38,928 nt of DNA from an uncultured Candidatus Saccharibacteria bacterium (GCA_964535375.1 CAZHTQ010000001.1:1-38928), one strand, 5' to 3'; positions 9,301 to 19,758 are shown, counted from the first letter of the stretch. A program made the numbers and translations. The notes: generated from the sequence alone by a model not told the origin.

Positions 9301-10286
9301 TCTTCGGCGGAGAGTCTACCCATGAAATCGGATAGGTAGAAACCGCAAATACCACCAATCATCGGGAATAGTGCGTAAACTGCGAGTGCCTGACCGACGC
9401 CACCAATGATTTCGCCAAAGTTTTCGCCAGCGGTTGGGAAAATTTGGTACATGAGAGCTGCGGCTGGGTTGAAGATAAAGTTGCTGGAGAGCCCAAAGAA
9501 GGCTGCTGATACAACATAACCTGAAACTACGGCGAGAGCCATACCACCTGCTACGGTTGCAGCAAAGGTGAAGATGCTGCGCTTGTATTTGAGGGCGCGT
9601 GCGAAGAAGAACGCGATAATGACACCACCAAGTAGTTCAACTAATGCAACGATAAAGAACTTACCATCAGCAATGGCGGCCATAGAAGGTACATCGTAGG
9701 CGGTTTCGCCACCAGCAAGGTGGAACGAATTGAAGATGAGCCAACCTAGCCAAGCACCGATGATTTCGGCGATGATGTACATGACGCCACGAATGACGGA
9801 CATGCGGCGAGAAGCCATCATACCGGCAGTGACGAGTGGGTTGAGGCAGGCGCCAGAAAATGCATAGACCGCAACCAAGATTGCGATAATCGCAAATGAA
9901 TAGGTAGCGAGGCTTGCAATGCCCATGAGTGACAAGCAGAACAAGAGCAAGGTGAGAAATGCAGTGCCGATAATCTCACCGAGTAATGCGCCGTAGAATT
10001 TGTGACTCTTGAAAACAGTTAGGATGCTTTCTTTTTCGGTGTATTTCTTAGCAAAGAAACCTTTGAAGCAAGATTTTGGCGCTGTAACGGTGGTCTCTGC
10101 TGGAGTTGATTTTTCAGTTTTTTCTAGTTTTTCTTCCTTTTCTTCTTTCACTTCTTCTGTTACCTCTGTTTTAGTAATAGGAGCCTCGGACACTGGTTTC
10201 TCAACAGTCTTCGCGGCAGTTTTCGGTTTGGTCGTGGTCTTAGCCTTTGCAGACTTTGATGCCGACTTTGGCTTCTTTGTTGCCAT
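9297..10286 (-). CDS. MIP/aquaporin-family channel with long charged N-terminal extension
   Basis: GEIIGTAFL, SGACLNPLVT, YIIAEIIGA and FNPAAA. ATG 10286 is preceded by AAAGGAGG. Confidence 0.85.
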   Translation of the reverse strand: MATKKPKSASKSAKAKTTTKPKTAAKTVEKPVSEAPITKTEVTEEVKEEKEEKLEKTEKSTPAETTVTAPKSCFKGFFAKKYTEKESILTVFKSHKFYGALLGEIIGTAFLTLLLFCLSLMGIASLATYSFAIIAILVAVYAFSGACLNPLVTAGMMASRRMSVIRGVMYIIAEIIGAWLGWLIFNSFHLAGGETAYDVPSMAAIADGKFFIVALVELLGGVIIAFFFARALKYKRSIFTFAATVAGGMALAVVSGYVVSAAFFGLSSNFIFNPAAALMYQIFPTAGENFGEIIGGVGQALAVYALFPMIGGICGFYLSDFMGRLSAEE

Positions 10287-10380
10287 TATTCCTCCTTTAT
10301 TTGATATTAGATATATTATATCACAGTTTTTGTGTGTTATAATAAAAAAGTTAGTTAAAAAAGGATTATTTATGGCAATA

Positions 10381-10617
10381 ATGGTAAGCAAAGAAGATGA
10401 TTTGAACCAAGAACTTACGGAGCGTATAAACGCGGATCTTCGCGAGAAAATGAATGGTAAAAGTAAACAAGAAAATTTGCAAAAAGACCCGGATTTTACG
10501 GAAGATAGTGAATATGTAAAGGATTTTAAGAAGACCGGTAAGTTTGCCTGGATATGGATAGTGGTGGGGATAGTAGCAGTGACGGCATTAATAATTGTGG
10601 GTATTAATAATCATTAG
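10381..10617 (+). CDS. Small membrane protein of unknown function
   Basis: Hydrophilic N-terminus (EDDLNQELTERINADLREK) plus a C-terminal TM helix. Start is ATG 10372 or 10381. Confidence 0.7.
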   Translation: MVSKEDDLNQELTERINADLREKMNGKSKQENLQKDPDFTEDSEYVKDFKKTGKFAWIWIVVGIVAVTALIIVGINNH

Positions 10618-10632
10618 TGCTATAATATATAT

Positions 10633-13107
10633 ATGGCAGGTACACTGGCGAGTGTTGAAAAGGCTGCTTTGGCGGCAAAAAGTGCTGGACTATATACTGG
10701 GTCCGGCAAGGACGCTGATGGCGGTAAAAAGAAATCTAGCTTTGGTAAAAAGACGGCTGGGGTTACGATTGTTTTCTTGCTACTCGTAGCGCTGGTAGGG
10801 GTAGTAATTATGACGCCAGTGTTTTTGATTGGAACGTTGGGATATGGGCTAAAAAGGCCGTTTGACGAAACGCTTGCAGTTGTAAAAGATGTCGCGGGAT
10901 ATGTCGTGAAAAACTGGTTGGCGGAAGGAAAAATCCCGGATGGACTTGCGGAAGAATTGTTGGCGCAGGGTGTGGAAGTAGGGCAAGTAACTGTGGCTGG
11001 AGAATTTGTAAGGACTAATAGATATGTTGCCGAGCTTAATAATAGTGAGGTTGCTGCAACAGGTGCATATTATAATAGCGGCGCAAATGGCGAGCTGGTG
11101 GTCAGATTTAATGACGAGATTATTACGCCTGATAATTTTATTGCAAAGCTTGATGAGTCACCAAGCTTTTATGCGGCATATTCGGATGCGGTAGATATTT
11201 CGTCGCGATATTATTATAGTGATGAAGTGAATCAAGTGTATCGTGAAATGGGCATCAACCGTAATGCTTTTGCGACTTGGGAGTCTACCGGTGATGCTGA
11301 AGCGGACCAAAAAAGTTTTAATGAAATACTTGCGAAGAATCTAGATAGTGGATATGATTTAAATACGGCCGGTAAATACAAAAAATGGAATTGGGGATGC
11401 ATAAAATATGACAGCGAGGGGAATTGTGAGACGGAAGGTTGGGTTGACTTTGACTGGGTGCCATGGGATATAACTTCGACTGGTAGTAGTTATGATGTTG
11501 CAAGTGCATTAACAAGTAAGGTTGCCGCATCATCTCGCCTTGATAGCGAAAATGGAACAACGGCAAATCAAAATGCTGCAGAATTTTTGAATTCGACAGT
11601 GTCCCAGAGTGAGCCGTATCAGGCGGCAAATGTGTATGTAACAATTATGAGTGCAATCGAAAGAGCACAAGTGGGTGATGGTGGACCGGTTAATGAACTA
11701 ATGAACGTACTATCTACTCCCGCGGAGATTACTTATGTAGACATGAATACTGGAGAGAAAAAAACTGAAAACAAGTCGATTTTACAAAATCAGAATTTTA
11801 CTGCGGTAGTGGGCAGGGGTAGTTTTTCGCAAGAAGAAGCACAGAATTTTTCTCGTGACAGAATTTTATATGCGACAGGCGAGGTGAGCGGAATAGCGAT
11901 TCGTGATAATATTGTATCTTCGGCTGGTAAGAAAAATGAAGGGTTGGGGTTTCGGATGGATAATGATTATGCCGTTAGAACTGACAAGAATGACCCTGCG
12001 ATAAGACCGGCGGATGCAAGTATAGTTGCCAATGATAAGTCATCGGATGCGGTGAGAATTGGTATGGTAGAAAAGAATTCGGCACAATTCCAGACTATTG
12101 TGGGAGCGAATCGGGCAATTGAAGGAATGCTGTTTGTGGATGACGAGCTCAACAGACGAGTGCTTAGCGCTTTAACTGTAGATGCAAATGCAAAAAGTGA
12201 ATATCAACAGGCAGTGAAAGTGGCGATGGAACGAGAGATAAAAGCAGAACGCGCAACAAAAAGTCCGTTTGATATTTCGTCGCCCAATACTTTTATGGGG
12301 AATTTGGTGCGAAAATATGCAAGTGTTGTGCTGACAAAATATAACACCGGCGACAATATATTGAGTAATATTATAGGTGTAACATCTGGTTTGGCACAAA
12401 TGGGGATAAAATCCGTTACGGGTAGTGCGATGGCGGACAATGAGTATGACAGCATAACTACGCTGACTGGCAAATGTGCAACACCTGGCGTGGCAGCTGG
12501 TGTCGTGGGGGATCCGTATTGTTCGAATGATACGGCTTTGGTGCTAAAATACAAGGATTATTCGGATGCGCAGTTTAAGGCAGAACTAGGTGTCGATACA
12601 TTCGATGCGGAAGGCGAAATTAATCCAACTAGTGGGTTAGGACAACAGATACAACTATGGATGGGGCGCAAAACCACGGTGGGTACCCGTGATGCTAGTG
12701 TGTGCGCTACGAAAAAGGCTATAGATCAGCAAATTGCGAGCGAGAATGCCTCGATATTTCAAAAGATTGCAGATTTTTTGAAGAAGGTTGTGGCAGCGGT
12801 GAGGGGTGCGGATAGTCTTGAAGCAGAGTGCGGATTGAATTTATCTGCTGGGTCGGATGAGGAAAATACGGAGGTGAATATAGAGGATCAGGAGGCGCTT
12901 CTTAGGGTATACAATGGTGCTGAATACGCGAGCAGTGCTGCCAACGAGAATCGCGAAAAGGCGGAACTTTATGCGGCGTATATTATGCATGATCAAATAT
13001 CGTCGTGGCTGGAAGACAAGGAGAGTAAGACTACGGCATTTCGTAAAAAATACACGCTAGATTATATGGATACGGTGAGTGGCGACGAGATAGCTACTAC
13101 TGAATAG
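10633..13107 (+). CDS. Large membrane-anchored extracytoplasmic protein of unknown function (824 aa)
   Basis: Long ORF with an N-terminal TM segment and several Cys residues; TGCTATAAT 6 nt upstream. Confidence 0.8.
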   Translation: MAGTLASVEKAALAAKSAGLYTGSGKDADGGKKKSSFGKKTAGVTIVFLLLVALVGVVIMTPVFLIGTLGYGLKRPFDETLAVVKDVAGYVVKNWLAEGKIPDGLAEELLAQGVEVGQVTVAGEFVRTNRYVAELNNSEVAATGAYYNSGANGELVVRFNDEIITPDNFIAKLDESPSFYAAYSDAVDISSRYYYSDEVNQVYREMGINRNAFATWESTGDAEADQKSFNEILAKNLDSGYDLNTAGKYKKWNWGCIKYDSEGNCETEGWVDFDWVPWDITSTGSSYDVASALTSKVAASSRLDSENGTTANQNAAEFLNSTVSQSEPYQAANVYVTIMSAIERAQVGDGGPVNELMNVLSTPAEITYVDMNTGEKKTENKSILQNQNFTAVVGRGSFSQEEAQNFSRDRILYATGEVSGIAIRDNIVSSAGKKNEGLGFRMDNDYAVRTDKNDPAIRPADASIVANDKSSDAVRIGMVEKNSAQFQTIVGANRAIEGMLFVDDELNRRVLSALTVDANAKSEYQQAVKVAMEREIKAERATKSPFDISSPNTFMGNLVRKYASVVLTKYNTGDNILSNIIGVTSGLAQMGIKSVTGSAMADNEYDSITTLTGKCATPGVAAGVVGDPYCSNDTALVLKYKDYSDAQFKAELGVDTFDAEGEINPTSGLGQQIQLWMGRKTTVGTRDASVCATKKAIDQQIASENASIFQKIADFLKKVVAAVRGADSLEAECGLNLSAGSDEENTEVNIEDQEALLRVYNGAEYASSAANENREKAELYAAYIMHDQISSWLEDKESKTTAFRKKYTLDYMDTVSGDEIATTE

Positions 13108-13161
13108 CCACTATATAATATATAGTGAAAAAATAGCGATTTTTTGGTATAATATAAGTAT

Positions 13162-14118
13162 ATGGAAGAGTTGGAGAAGTTAAAACAAAGTCTGAAGGCT
13201 CTCAATGCGGAATATGCAAAAATACGGGAGGTGCCGGCAGAGAAGCGAGGCGAGTTTGGGCGTGAGCTTAATGCGAAGAAAATGGCAATACTTGAGCAGA
13301 TTCGCGAGGCAGAGGAAGCGGCGCTAGATGTAGCGGTGGAGCCGCTTGATATTACGGCGCCGTGCGGCGTAAATCAGCCTTTGCCAGAGGTGTATCCGGT
13401 ATTTCAAGGGTCTACGCACCCGCTGATGAGCGAGCTTGACACGGTAGTATCGATATATCAGCTGATGGGGTTTGATGTGGTGGAATCTAGGCAACTAGAT
13501 GATGAATATCATATGTTTGATTCGCTTAATTTTGCAAAAGAGCATCCGGCGCGTGACGGATACGATACGTTTAGAACTGAAGAGGGGTTGATTCCGCCAG
13601 CACACACTTCTACTATGCAGCATCGGGTACTTAAAATGTACAAAGATAATTTGAAGCAGGGGAAAGAAATAGCCGTAGTGGTGCCAGGGCGAGTGTATCG
13701 CAACGAAGATGTGGATGCAACTCACGAACATACTTTTTATCAATGTGAGGGGGTGTATGTATCGGAAACATGTACGCTTGGTGATATGTTGGGAATACTT
13801 AGAGAGTTTTTTGAAAAGTATTATGAGCAGAAACTAAATATCAGGACGCAGCCTGGATACTTTCCGTTTACAGAACCAAGTCTGGAGTTTTTGATTGAGA
13901 GACCAAAGGCGCTTGGTGGTAAGAAGGGCGATTATCTTGAGATGTTGGGGTGCGGTATGATTCACCCTAATGTATTAAAGATGGCGGGAATTGATCCGGA
14001 ACGATACCATGGATTTGCATGGGGTGGCGGAATTGATCGCTTGGTGATGCTAAAATATGGACTGATGGATGTGCGTAATTTTGAGGGTGGTAATCTTAAT
14101 TTCTTGAGGGAGTTTTAA
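13162..14118 (+). CDS. pheS: Phenylalanine--tRNA ligase alpha subunit
   Basis: HPARDGYDTF, AHTS, PGRVYRNEDVDATHEHTFYQCEG, YFPFTEPS, GCGMIHPNV and GFAWGGGIDRL. Confidence 0.97.
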   Translation: MEELEKLKQSLKALNAEYAKIREVPAEKRGEFGRELNAKKMAILEQIREAEEAALDVAVEPLDITAPCGVNQPLPEVYPVFQGSTHPLMSELDTVVSIYQLMGFDVVESRQLDDEYHMFDSLNFAKEHPARDGYDTFRTEEGLIPPAHTSTMQHRVLKMYKDNLKQGKEIAVVVPGRVYRNEDVDATHEHTFYQCEGVYVSETCTLGDMLGILREFFEKYYEQKLNIRTQPGYFPFTEPSLEFLIERPKALGGKKGDYLEMLGCGMIHPNVLKMAGIDPERYHGFAWGGGIDRLVMLKYGLMDVRNFEGGNLNFLREF

Positions 14119-16452
14119 ATGAGAATCTCACTAAATTGGCTAAAAAAATATGTAAACATAAACGTAACGAATGATGAATTAATACGGTTGATCGGTGCGC
14201 GGCTAGTGGAAGTGGAGGGTGTAATTGACGAAACACACAAGTACGATAAAATATATGTAGTGCGGGTGGCAAGTGCCGAAAAAATCCCTGATACACATCT
14301 TACACTTTGTAAGATTGATGCAGGCGAGGCTCCAAGAGATTTGAAGAATGTGGAGTGCGACGAAAACGGTTTTGTGCAAGTAATGTGCGGCGCGCCAAAT
14401 GTGCGGGTAGGAATGTACGCAGCATGGATTGCGCCGGGGGCGGTAGTGCCAGCATCGGTACACGAAGATGCACCGTTTGTAATTGGCAAGCGCAAAATGC
14501 TTGGTAAGTATGATTCTTATGGCATGCTGGCGGGGGCGGATGAATTGGACTTTGGTGATGACCATATTGGTATAGCCGAAATAGATCCGGACGAAGCGGA
14601 GTCGGGACAGGCTATTGCGGAGGTTTTTGAGCTTGATGACTTGATTCTTGAGATTGAGAATAAGTCGCTTACGCATAGACCTGACTGTTTTGGGATAATA
14701 GGATTTGCGCGAGAAGTAGCCGGGATACTCGGTGAGAAGTTTGACACGCCGATGGTACAAGATAATTTTAAGATAGACAACGAAATAAAAATCGAAATAG
14801 CGGATGCTCAGATTTGCCCGCGTTATGTGGCAATGGTATTTGAAAAGCATGGTGAGTTAAAAAAGAAATATTTAACCTGGCAGGATACCATCTTGGCAAA
14901 GTCTGGAATGCGACCGGTAGATAGAGTTGTGGATGCAACAAATTATCTTATGCTACTTACGGGGCAACCGTTACATGCTTTTGATTATGATAAATTTGTA
15001 GCAGTGGGTGGCGGGGGTAATCCGAAAATAATTGTGCGGCTGGCACGAGATGGTGAAAGGCTGACTCTACTTGATGGTAAGGAAGTGGAACTTTGTCAAG
15101 ACGATATTGTAATTACGTCAAATGATGTGCCAGTGGCGCTGGCTGGTGCGATGGGCGGTGCGGCGACGGCAATTGATGAGAACACGCGCAATATTATCCT
15201 TGAGTCGGCGACGTTTAGTTTGTATGATTTGCGGAAGACGCAGATGGCGCATGGGATTTTTTCGGAGGCGATCACGAGGTTTACTAAGGGGCAGCCGCCA
15301 TATCAATGCATGATGGTGGCAGGTGAGTTTGCCGGTATGGTAATAGACGGTTTCAAGATAAAGACGATTTCCGACAAATACTTGTTGCGTGAAAAAGAAA
15401 TAATCGTAAAAGTGACCGTGGGCGACATAAATGAGTTGATGGGCACTAATTATGACGAAAAGATGATCGTGCGAACATTGGAAAATGTCGGGTTTACAGT
15501 AAAAAATAGGCATGGCAATATGGAAGTGCGTGTGCCGGCATGGCGGACAGATATTCACATTAAGGAAGATATTATCGAGGAGGTGGGGCGACTAAATGGC
15601 TACGATAATATTGTACCGACGTTGCCACACCACAAAACTGCTGGGCGCAATGCATTGTGGGAGCTTAAAACCACTGTGCGTAACACTTTGAAGAGTTACG
15701 GTGCCAATGAATTACTTACGTATAGTTTTGTGAGCGAAAAGCTACTTAAGAAAGCTGGACTTGAGACAACAAACTCATATAAAATTGTGAATTCGATTTC
15801 GCCAGAACTTCAGTATGTGCGGCAATCGATAGTGCCGAGTTTGCTAGAAAAAGCATATATGAACCAAAAATTACCAGTAGACAAATTCGCGATTTTTGAG
15901 ATAAACAAGGTATATCAAAAGGAATGGGGGATGGATGCGGAAAACGTACCGGTTGAAAAGATGCGGCTGGGGTTTGTAATTGCCGAACGTAAGGGTACTG
16001 GAGATGCGTACTATGCGGCAAAGAATTATGCGGTAAAATTATTGGAAGAGTTGAATATCCTAGTGAAGTTTTTGCCGCTTAAATCTAAGGAAGCCTTAGC
16101 GTTGCCATTTGAACCCAAACGTGCGGCGGAAATATGGGTGGATGATACTTGTATTGGCGTAGTGGGTGAGTTTAAAAATTCGGTGAAGCGTAATTTTAAG
16201 TTAGCGGATTATTTAGCGGGATTTGAAATCGACATGATGGAAATGTTACGACTTAGTGGCAAAAAAGTAGTAAGTGGTAATTTTACGATTCGCGACAAGC
16301 AGGATATTACGATCACGACAACCAAGGATTATGCGGATGTGTATGATGAACTTTTGGCTAAATACCCCGATGCAGATATTTTGCCGGTAGGTATTTATCG
16401 GCCGAAGGGAGTGAGAGAAAAAAATGTGACATTTCATTTAGAGTTTCGTTAA
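14119..16452 (+). CDS. pheT: Phenylalanine--tRNA ligase beta subunit
   Basis: MRISLNWLKKY, CGAPNV, HRPDCFGIIGFAREV, GQPLHAFD and WRTDIHIKEDIIEEVGRLNGY; C-terminal domain appears shortened. Confidence 0.96.
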   Translation: MRISLNWLKKYVNINVTNDELIRLIGARLVEVEGVIDETHKYDKIYVVRVASAEKIPDTHLTLCKIDAGEAPRDLKNVECDENGFVQVMCGAPNVRVGMYAAWIAPGAVVPASVHEDAPFVIGKRKMLGKYDSYGMLAGADELDFGDDHIGIAEIDPDEAESGQAIAEVFELDDLILEIENKSLTHRPDCFGIIGFAREVAGILGEKFDTPMVQDNFKIDNEIKIEIADAQICPRYVAMVFEKHGELKKKYLTWQDTILAKSGMRPVDRVVDATNYLMLLTGQPLHAFDYDKFVAVGGGGNPKIIVRLARDGERLTLLDGKEVELCQDDIVITSNDVPVALAGAMGGAATAIDENTRNIILESATFSLYDLRKTQMAHGIFSEAITRFTKGQPPYQCMMVAGEFAGMVIDGFKIKTISDKYLLREKEIIVKVTVGDINELMGTNYDEKMIVRTLENVGFTVKNRHGNMEVRVPAWRTDIHIKEDIIEEVGRLNGYDNIVPTLPHHKTAGRNALWELKTTVRNTLKSYGANELLTYSFVSEKLLKKAGLETTNSYKIVNSISPELQYVRQSIVPSLLEKAYMNQKLPVDKFAIFEINKVYQKEWGMDAENVPVEKMRLGFVIAERKGTGDAYYAAKNYAVKLLEELNILVKFLPLKSKEALALPFEPKRAAEIWVDDTCIGVVGEFKNSVKRNFKLADYLAGFEIDMMEMLRLSGKKVVSGNFTIRDKQDITITTTKDYADVYDELLAKYPDADILPVGIYRPKGVREKNVTFHLEFR

Positions 16453-16473
16453 AACTTATGCTATAATGGTATT

Positions 16474-17349
16474 ATGATTTTGCTGGACTCAGTCACAAAA
16501 ACTTATGCGGGCGATAAGGAGCCGGCACTTGATAATGTGTCGCTGCATATTGAGCCGAATGAGTTTGTGTTTCTCGTTGGTAAGTCGGGGGCTGGTAAGT
16601 CAACACTTATGAAAATGATTACCAAGGAGGAGACGCCAGATTCTGGCAAGATTGTGATTGGCGGGATAGATCTTGACTATGTGAAAAAGCGGCATATACC
16701 TGGGTATCGCAGGCGGTTAGGGGTAGTGTTCCAGGATTTCAAATTGCTGCCAAGACGCACGGTGTATGAAAACGTAGCATTTGCTCTAGAAATTGCAGGT
16801 ATGAGTGGAAAGGAAATCCGCAAAACTGTGCCGAAGGTGCTAGAGCTAGTAGATCTTTTGGATCAATCAAAAAAATTTCCAGATCAACTATCTGGCGGGC
16901 AACAGCAGAGGGTGTCAATTGCTCGTAGTGTGGCGCGGCAGCCGAAGATTTTGATTGCAGATGAGCCGACGGCGAATCTTGATAAACTGACAACTGAAGA
17001 AATTATTGGGTTGCTCAAGCGCATCAATGATTTTGGTACAACAATACTAGTGACCACACATAACGAGAATATCGTGAACAATTTGCAAAAGCGCGTAATT
17101 ACAATGAAAGACGGCAAGGTGGTGGATGACCAGAAAAATGGTGGCGTATATAAATTGGACGAAGTAAAAATACCACTTAAGCCTCAACGGATTATTCAAA
17201 CGCCAGGACATGCTTATCATGTGAAACCGCAAGTGAACGCAGCGCGCGAGCGTGATGTAACTGGTGTAACTGGGCAGGCGAAGGTGCCAGTAAAGACACA
17301 GGCGCAGCCGGTGCCGGTAAAAATGAGCACGAGAAGGAGGGTACTCTAA
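16474..17349 (+). CDS. ftsE: Cell division ATP-binding protein FtsE
   Basis: GKSGAGKST, GVVFQDFKLL, LSGGQQQRV and ADEPT; adjacent to ftsX. Confidence 0.93.
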   Translation: MILLDSVTKTYAGDKEPALDNVSLHIEPNEFVFLVGKSGAGKSTLMKMITKEETPDSGKIVIGGIDLDYVKKRHIPGYRRRLGVVFQDFKLLPRRTVYENVAFALEIAGMSGKEIRKTVPKVLELVDLLDQSKKFPDQLSGGQQQRVSIARSVARQPKILIADEPTANLDKLTTEEIIGLLKRINDFGTTILVTTHNENIVNNLQKRVITMKDGKVVDDQKNGGVYKLDEVKIPLKPQRIIQTPGHAYHVKPQVNAARERDVTGVTGQAKVPVKTQAQPVPVKMSTRRRVL

Positions 17350-18372
17350 ATGGCGGATGAGCAACAAAAACTATTAAAAAAGACTTCGAAACGAGGACTT
17401 AAAGTAATTCAAAAATCGCGTGAAAAACACCCGATTCGTACGAGTGGTAGAATTGTAAAATATGGTACAAAGGGGTTTGCGCGTAATATTTGGCTATCTA
17501 CTGCTGCTACGGTGGTGATGGCGATTACAATGATTATTTTATTTGTGACGGTAGTGGCGAGTGTAGTGCTGGCAAATACTGCGCAGATGATGCGCGATAA
17601 GATTGATATTACGATTTATTTGAAGCCTAATACGTCGGAGCAAGTGCTAGAAGATTTGTCGAAAAAAATTGCGACGGATAAAAATATCAAGAGCGTGGTA
17701 GTGTCGACTTCGGCGGAAGAATACGAAAAATTTGTAGCCGAGAATGCGAATAGTGACGAAATCTTGAATGTACTTGATGATGAGATGAAACAGTTGATGA
17801 TATCGAAGATGCAGGCTACGATGCGGATCAAAGTATATGATGTGGGAAACTTGGATAGCATTAAAAAATTAGTAGAAGAAGACAAGTTGTTTCAAGAAAA
17901 CATTGATATAGAGATGGAGCCGACTTATGACGTGAACCAAGCAGAAATTGCAACGATTACGTCGTGGGCAAATATTGCAAGGATGGGTGGTATGATTCTT
18001 GCGATTGTGTTCTTGGTGATATCGATATTGATCATTTTCTCAACGATACGGATGGCGATTTTCTCACGACGAGAAGAAATATATATGATGAAGTTGGTTG
18101 GTGCAGATAAGGGATTTATTCGTGGTCCGTTTCTTGTAGAGGCGGAAATATGCGGGTTGATCGCTGGAGTGTTAGCTGCGACGGCGTCGTACTTTGGATT
18201 TATGTTCTTAGCGCCAAGACTGACTAATTATGGTATTGACGTGGCACAAATCACCGAGATACTAGAGTCGAACAAATTGATATTGGTGTATTTGGTATTC
18301 ATGGGGGTGGGGGTGGTAATTGGACGCGTGTCTTCGTGGCTTGCGGTAGCGAAATATCTACACAAAACTTAG
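17350..18372 (+). CDS. ftsX: Cell division permease FtsX
   Basis: RNIWLSTAAT and TIRMAIFSRREEIYMMKLVGADKGFIRGPFLVE; four TM segments. Confidence 0.93.
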   Translation: MADEQQKLLKKTSKRGLKVIQKSREKHPIRTSGRIVKYGTKGFARNIWLSTAATVVMAITMIILFVTVVASVVLANTAQMMRDKIDITIYLKPNTSEQVLEDLSKKIATDKNIKSVVVSTSAEEYEKFVAENANSDEILNVLDDEMKQLMISKMQATMRIKVYDVGNLDSIKKLVEEDKLFQENIDIEMEPTYDVNQAEIATITSWANIARMGGMILAIVFLVISILIIFSTIRMAIFSRREEIYMMKLVGADKGFIRGPFLVEAEICGLIAGVLAATASYFGFMFLAPRLTNYGIDVAQITEILESNKLILVYLVFMGVGVVIGRVSSWLAVAKYLHKT

Positions 18373-18393
18373 TGCTTATGCTAAAATAGTAGT

Positions 18394-19587
18394 ATGACTA
18401 AGAAAACAAATAATAAAATACGCGTGCGATGGGTGCAAAGGGCGGTATTACTTGCGATAGTGTTCGTAATGACGGTAGTGGCGGCAGGCATAAGCGTGCG
18501 TACCGATACGGATGTAGATGGTATATCACTGGCGTGTAGAAATAGCGATGCTTGTCGTGAGGCGGTAGAGCAAGAGCAAGAGGCAAATAGAAATGCGGCG
18601 GCAGCGAGTAATTCGGCAAATTTGTTCCAGGCAAAAGTAAGTGAGCTGAATGCTCAGATTGCAAATTCGGAACGTGAGATCGCCGCCACGACTGCCCGTG
18701 TAGATGAGCTAAAGCAACAGATTGTTGAAACTGAAAAAAAGTTGAATGACGAACAAGGGGCTTTGGCAGAGCTGCTCGTGAATATGCATTTTGAAGGCGA
18801 TGCAGAGCCGATTACGATACTGGCTGGGTCGGTGTCGATATCGGATTTGGCGGAGAAACAGGCACGTAATGAAGTGGTAAAACAGCAAATAAGCGCTACG
18901 GCAACTAAAGTGCGCAAAGCTAAAGAAAAGTTGGAGGCTGATAAGACGGAGGTTGAGGAGCTTTTGGAAGAGCAAAAAATTGCCAAGGCAAATTTGGAAT
19001 CTACGCGGGCTGAACAGCAGGCGTTGGTGACAAAATATCAAAATGATGTGGCGGCATATGAGGCTATAGCGGCGGCGGCGCTTGAAGCGCAGCGCGTGGC
19101 AGAGCAAGCTGAAAAGGAAGCACATCCAGAGCGGTATGGCGGTAGCGCTTATACGGGGTATAATACTTATCCGTGGCAGGCAGATTGCCCGCATCTGCAA
19201 GATGCTTATGGTACGGTAATAAATGGTACATATATAGGCGGATATGTGTGTGAATGTGTAAGTTATGTGGGATGGAAAGCGTACGAAGCGTATGGGCTAT
19301 ATCTTGCTTGGGGCAATGCGAATTATTGGGACGACAATGCTTGGGCTTATGGTTATAGGGTAGATAATATACCGGAACCGGATTCGATCGGACAGATAGA
19401 CGATGCTTTGTATGGTCACGTATGGTGGGTAGAGAGTGTAAATGCGGATGGGTCTGTAAACGTGACAGAATATAACAACGCATACGCAACGTATTTGTAT
19501 TCGGGTGACCACCACTACGGTGATTTTGGTTCGCGTACGATGAGTGCGGCGCAGGCGGCTCAATATAATTACATACACTTTCGCTGA
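18394..19587 (+). CDS. PcsB/CwlO-like coiled-coil plus CHAP peptidoglycan hydrolase
   Basis: Signal/TM segment, long coiled coil, ECVSYV (catalytic Cys), WGNANYW, YGHVWWVESVN and VTEYN; downstream of ftsEX. Confidence 0.88.
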   Translation: MTKKTNNKIRVRWVQRAVLLAIVFVMTVVAAGISVRTDTDVDGISLACRNSDACREAVEQEQEANRNAAAASNSANLFQAKVSELNAQIANSEREIAATTARVDELKQQIVETEKKLNDEQGALAELLVNMHFEGDAEPITILAGSVSISDLAEKQARNEVVKQQISATATKVRKAKEKLEADKTEVEELLEEQKIAKANLESTRAEQQALVTKYQNDVAAYEAIAAAALEAQRVAEQAEKEAHPERYGGSAYTGYNTYPWQADCPHLQDAYGTVINGTYIGGYVCECVSYVGWKAYEAYGLYLAWGNANYWDDNAWAYGYRVDNIPEPDSIGQIDDALYGHVWWVESVNADGSVNVTEYNNAYATYLYSGDHHYGDFGSRTMSAAQAAQYNYIHFR

Positions 19588-19592
19588 CGCTC

Positions 19593-19724
19593 TGGGGCTT
19601 CTTTCGTGAAAGAAGCCCCAACGAAGAAAGCAATTATGAATTACGAAACGAAAGTGAATTCCGTTTCGTAATTTGATTATGGCTTCTTATTTCTTATAGA
19701 AATAAGAAGAAGTGAATTCCGTTC
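19593..19724. repeat. Cluster of hairpins including REP-like palindrome copy 2 and a partial copy 3
   Basis: TGGGGCTTCTTTC/GAAAGAAGCCCCA (19593-19620); AATTACGAAACGAAA-gtgaa-TTCCGTTTCGTAATT (19639-19673); CTTCTTATTTCT/AGAAATAAGAAG (19683-19709); then AAGTGAATTCCGTTC. Confidence 0.65.
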
Positions 19725-19758
19725 TATATTTTGAACGTGATTGTGGTATAATAGTAGA

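Noticed and set aside
10009-10380. Long 5' extensions of the ORFs 10009-10617 and 9297-10391
   Set aside because: They overlap each other and the divergent promoter region; internal ATGs (10372/10381 and 10286) fit better.
19593-19724. Possible CRISPR array or integron attC sites
   Set aside because: No regularly spaced identical repeats with unique spacers, and no cas or integrase gene in the window.
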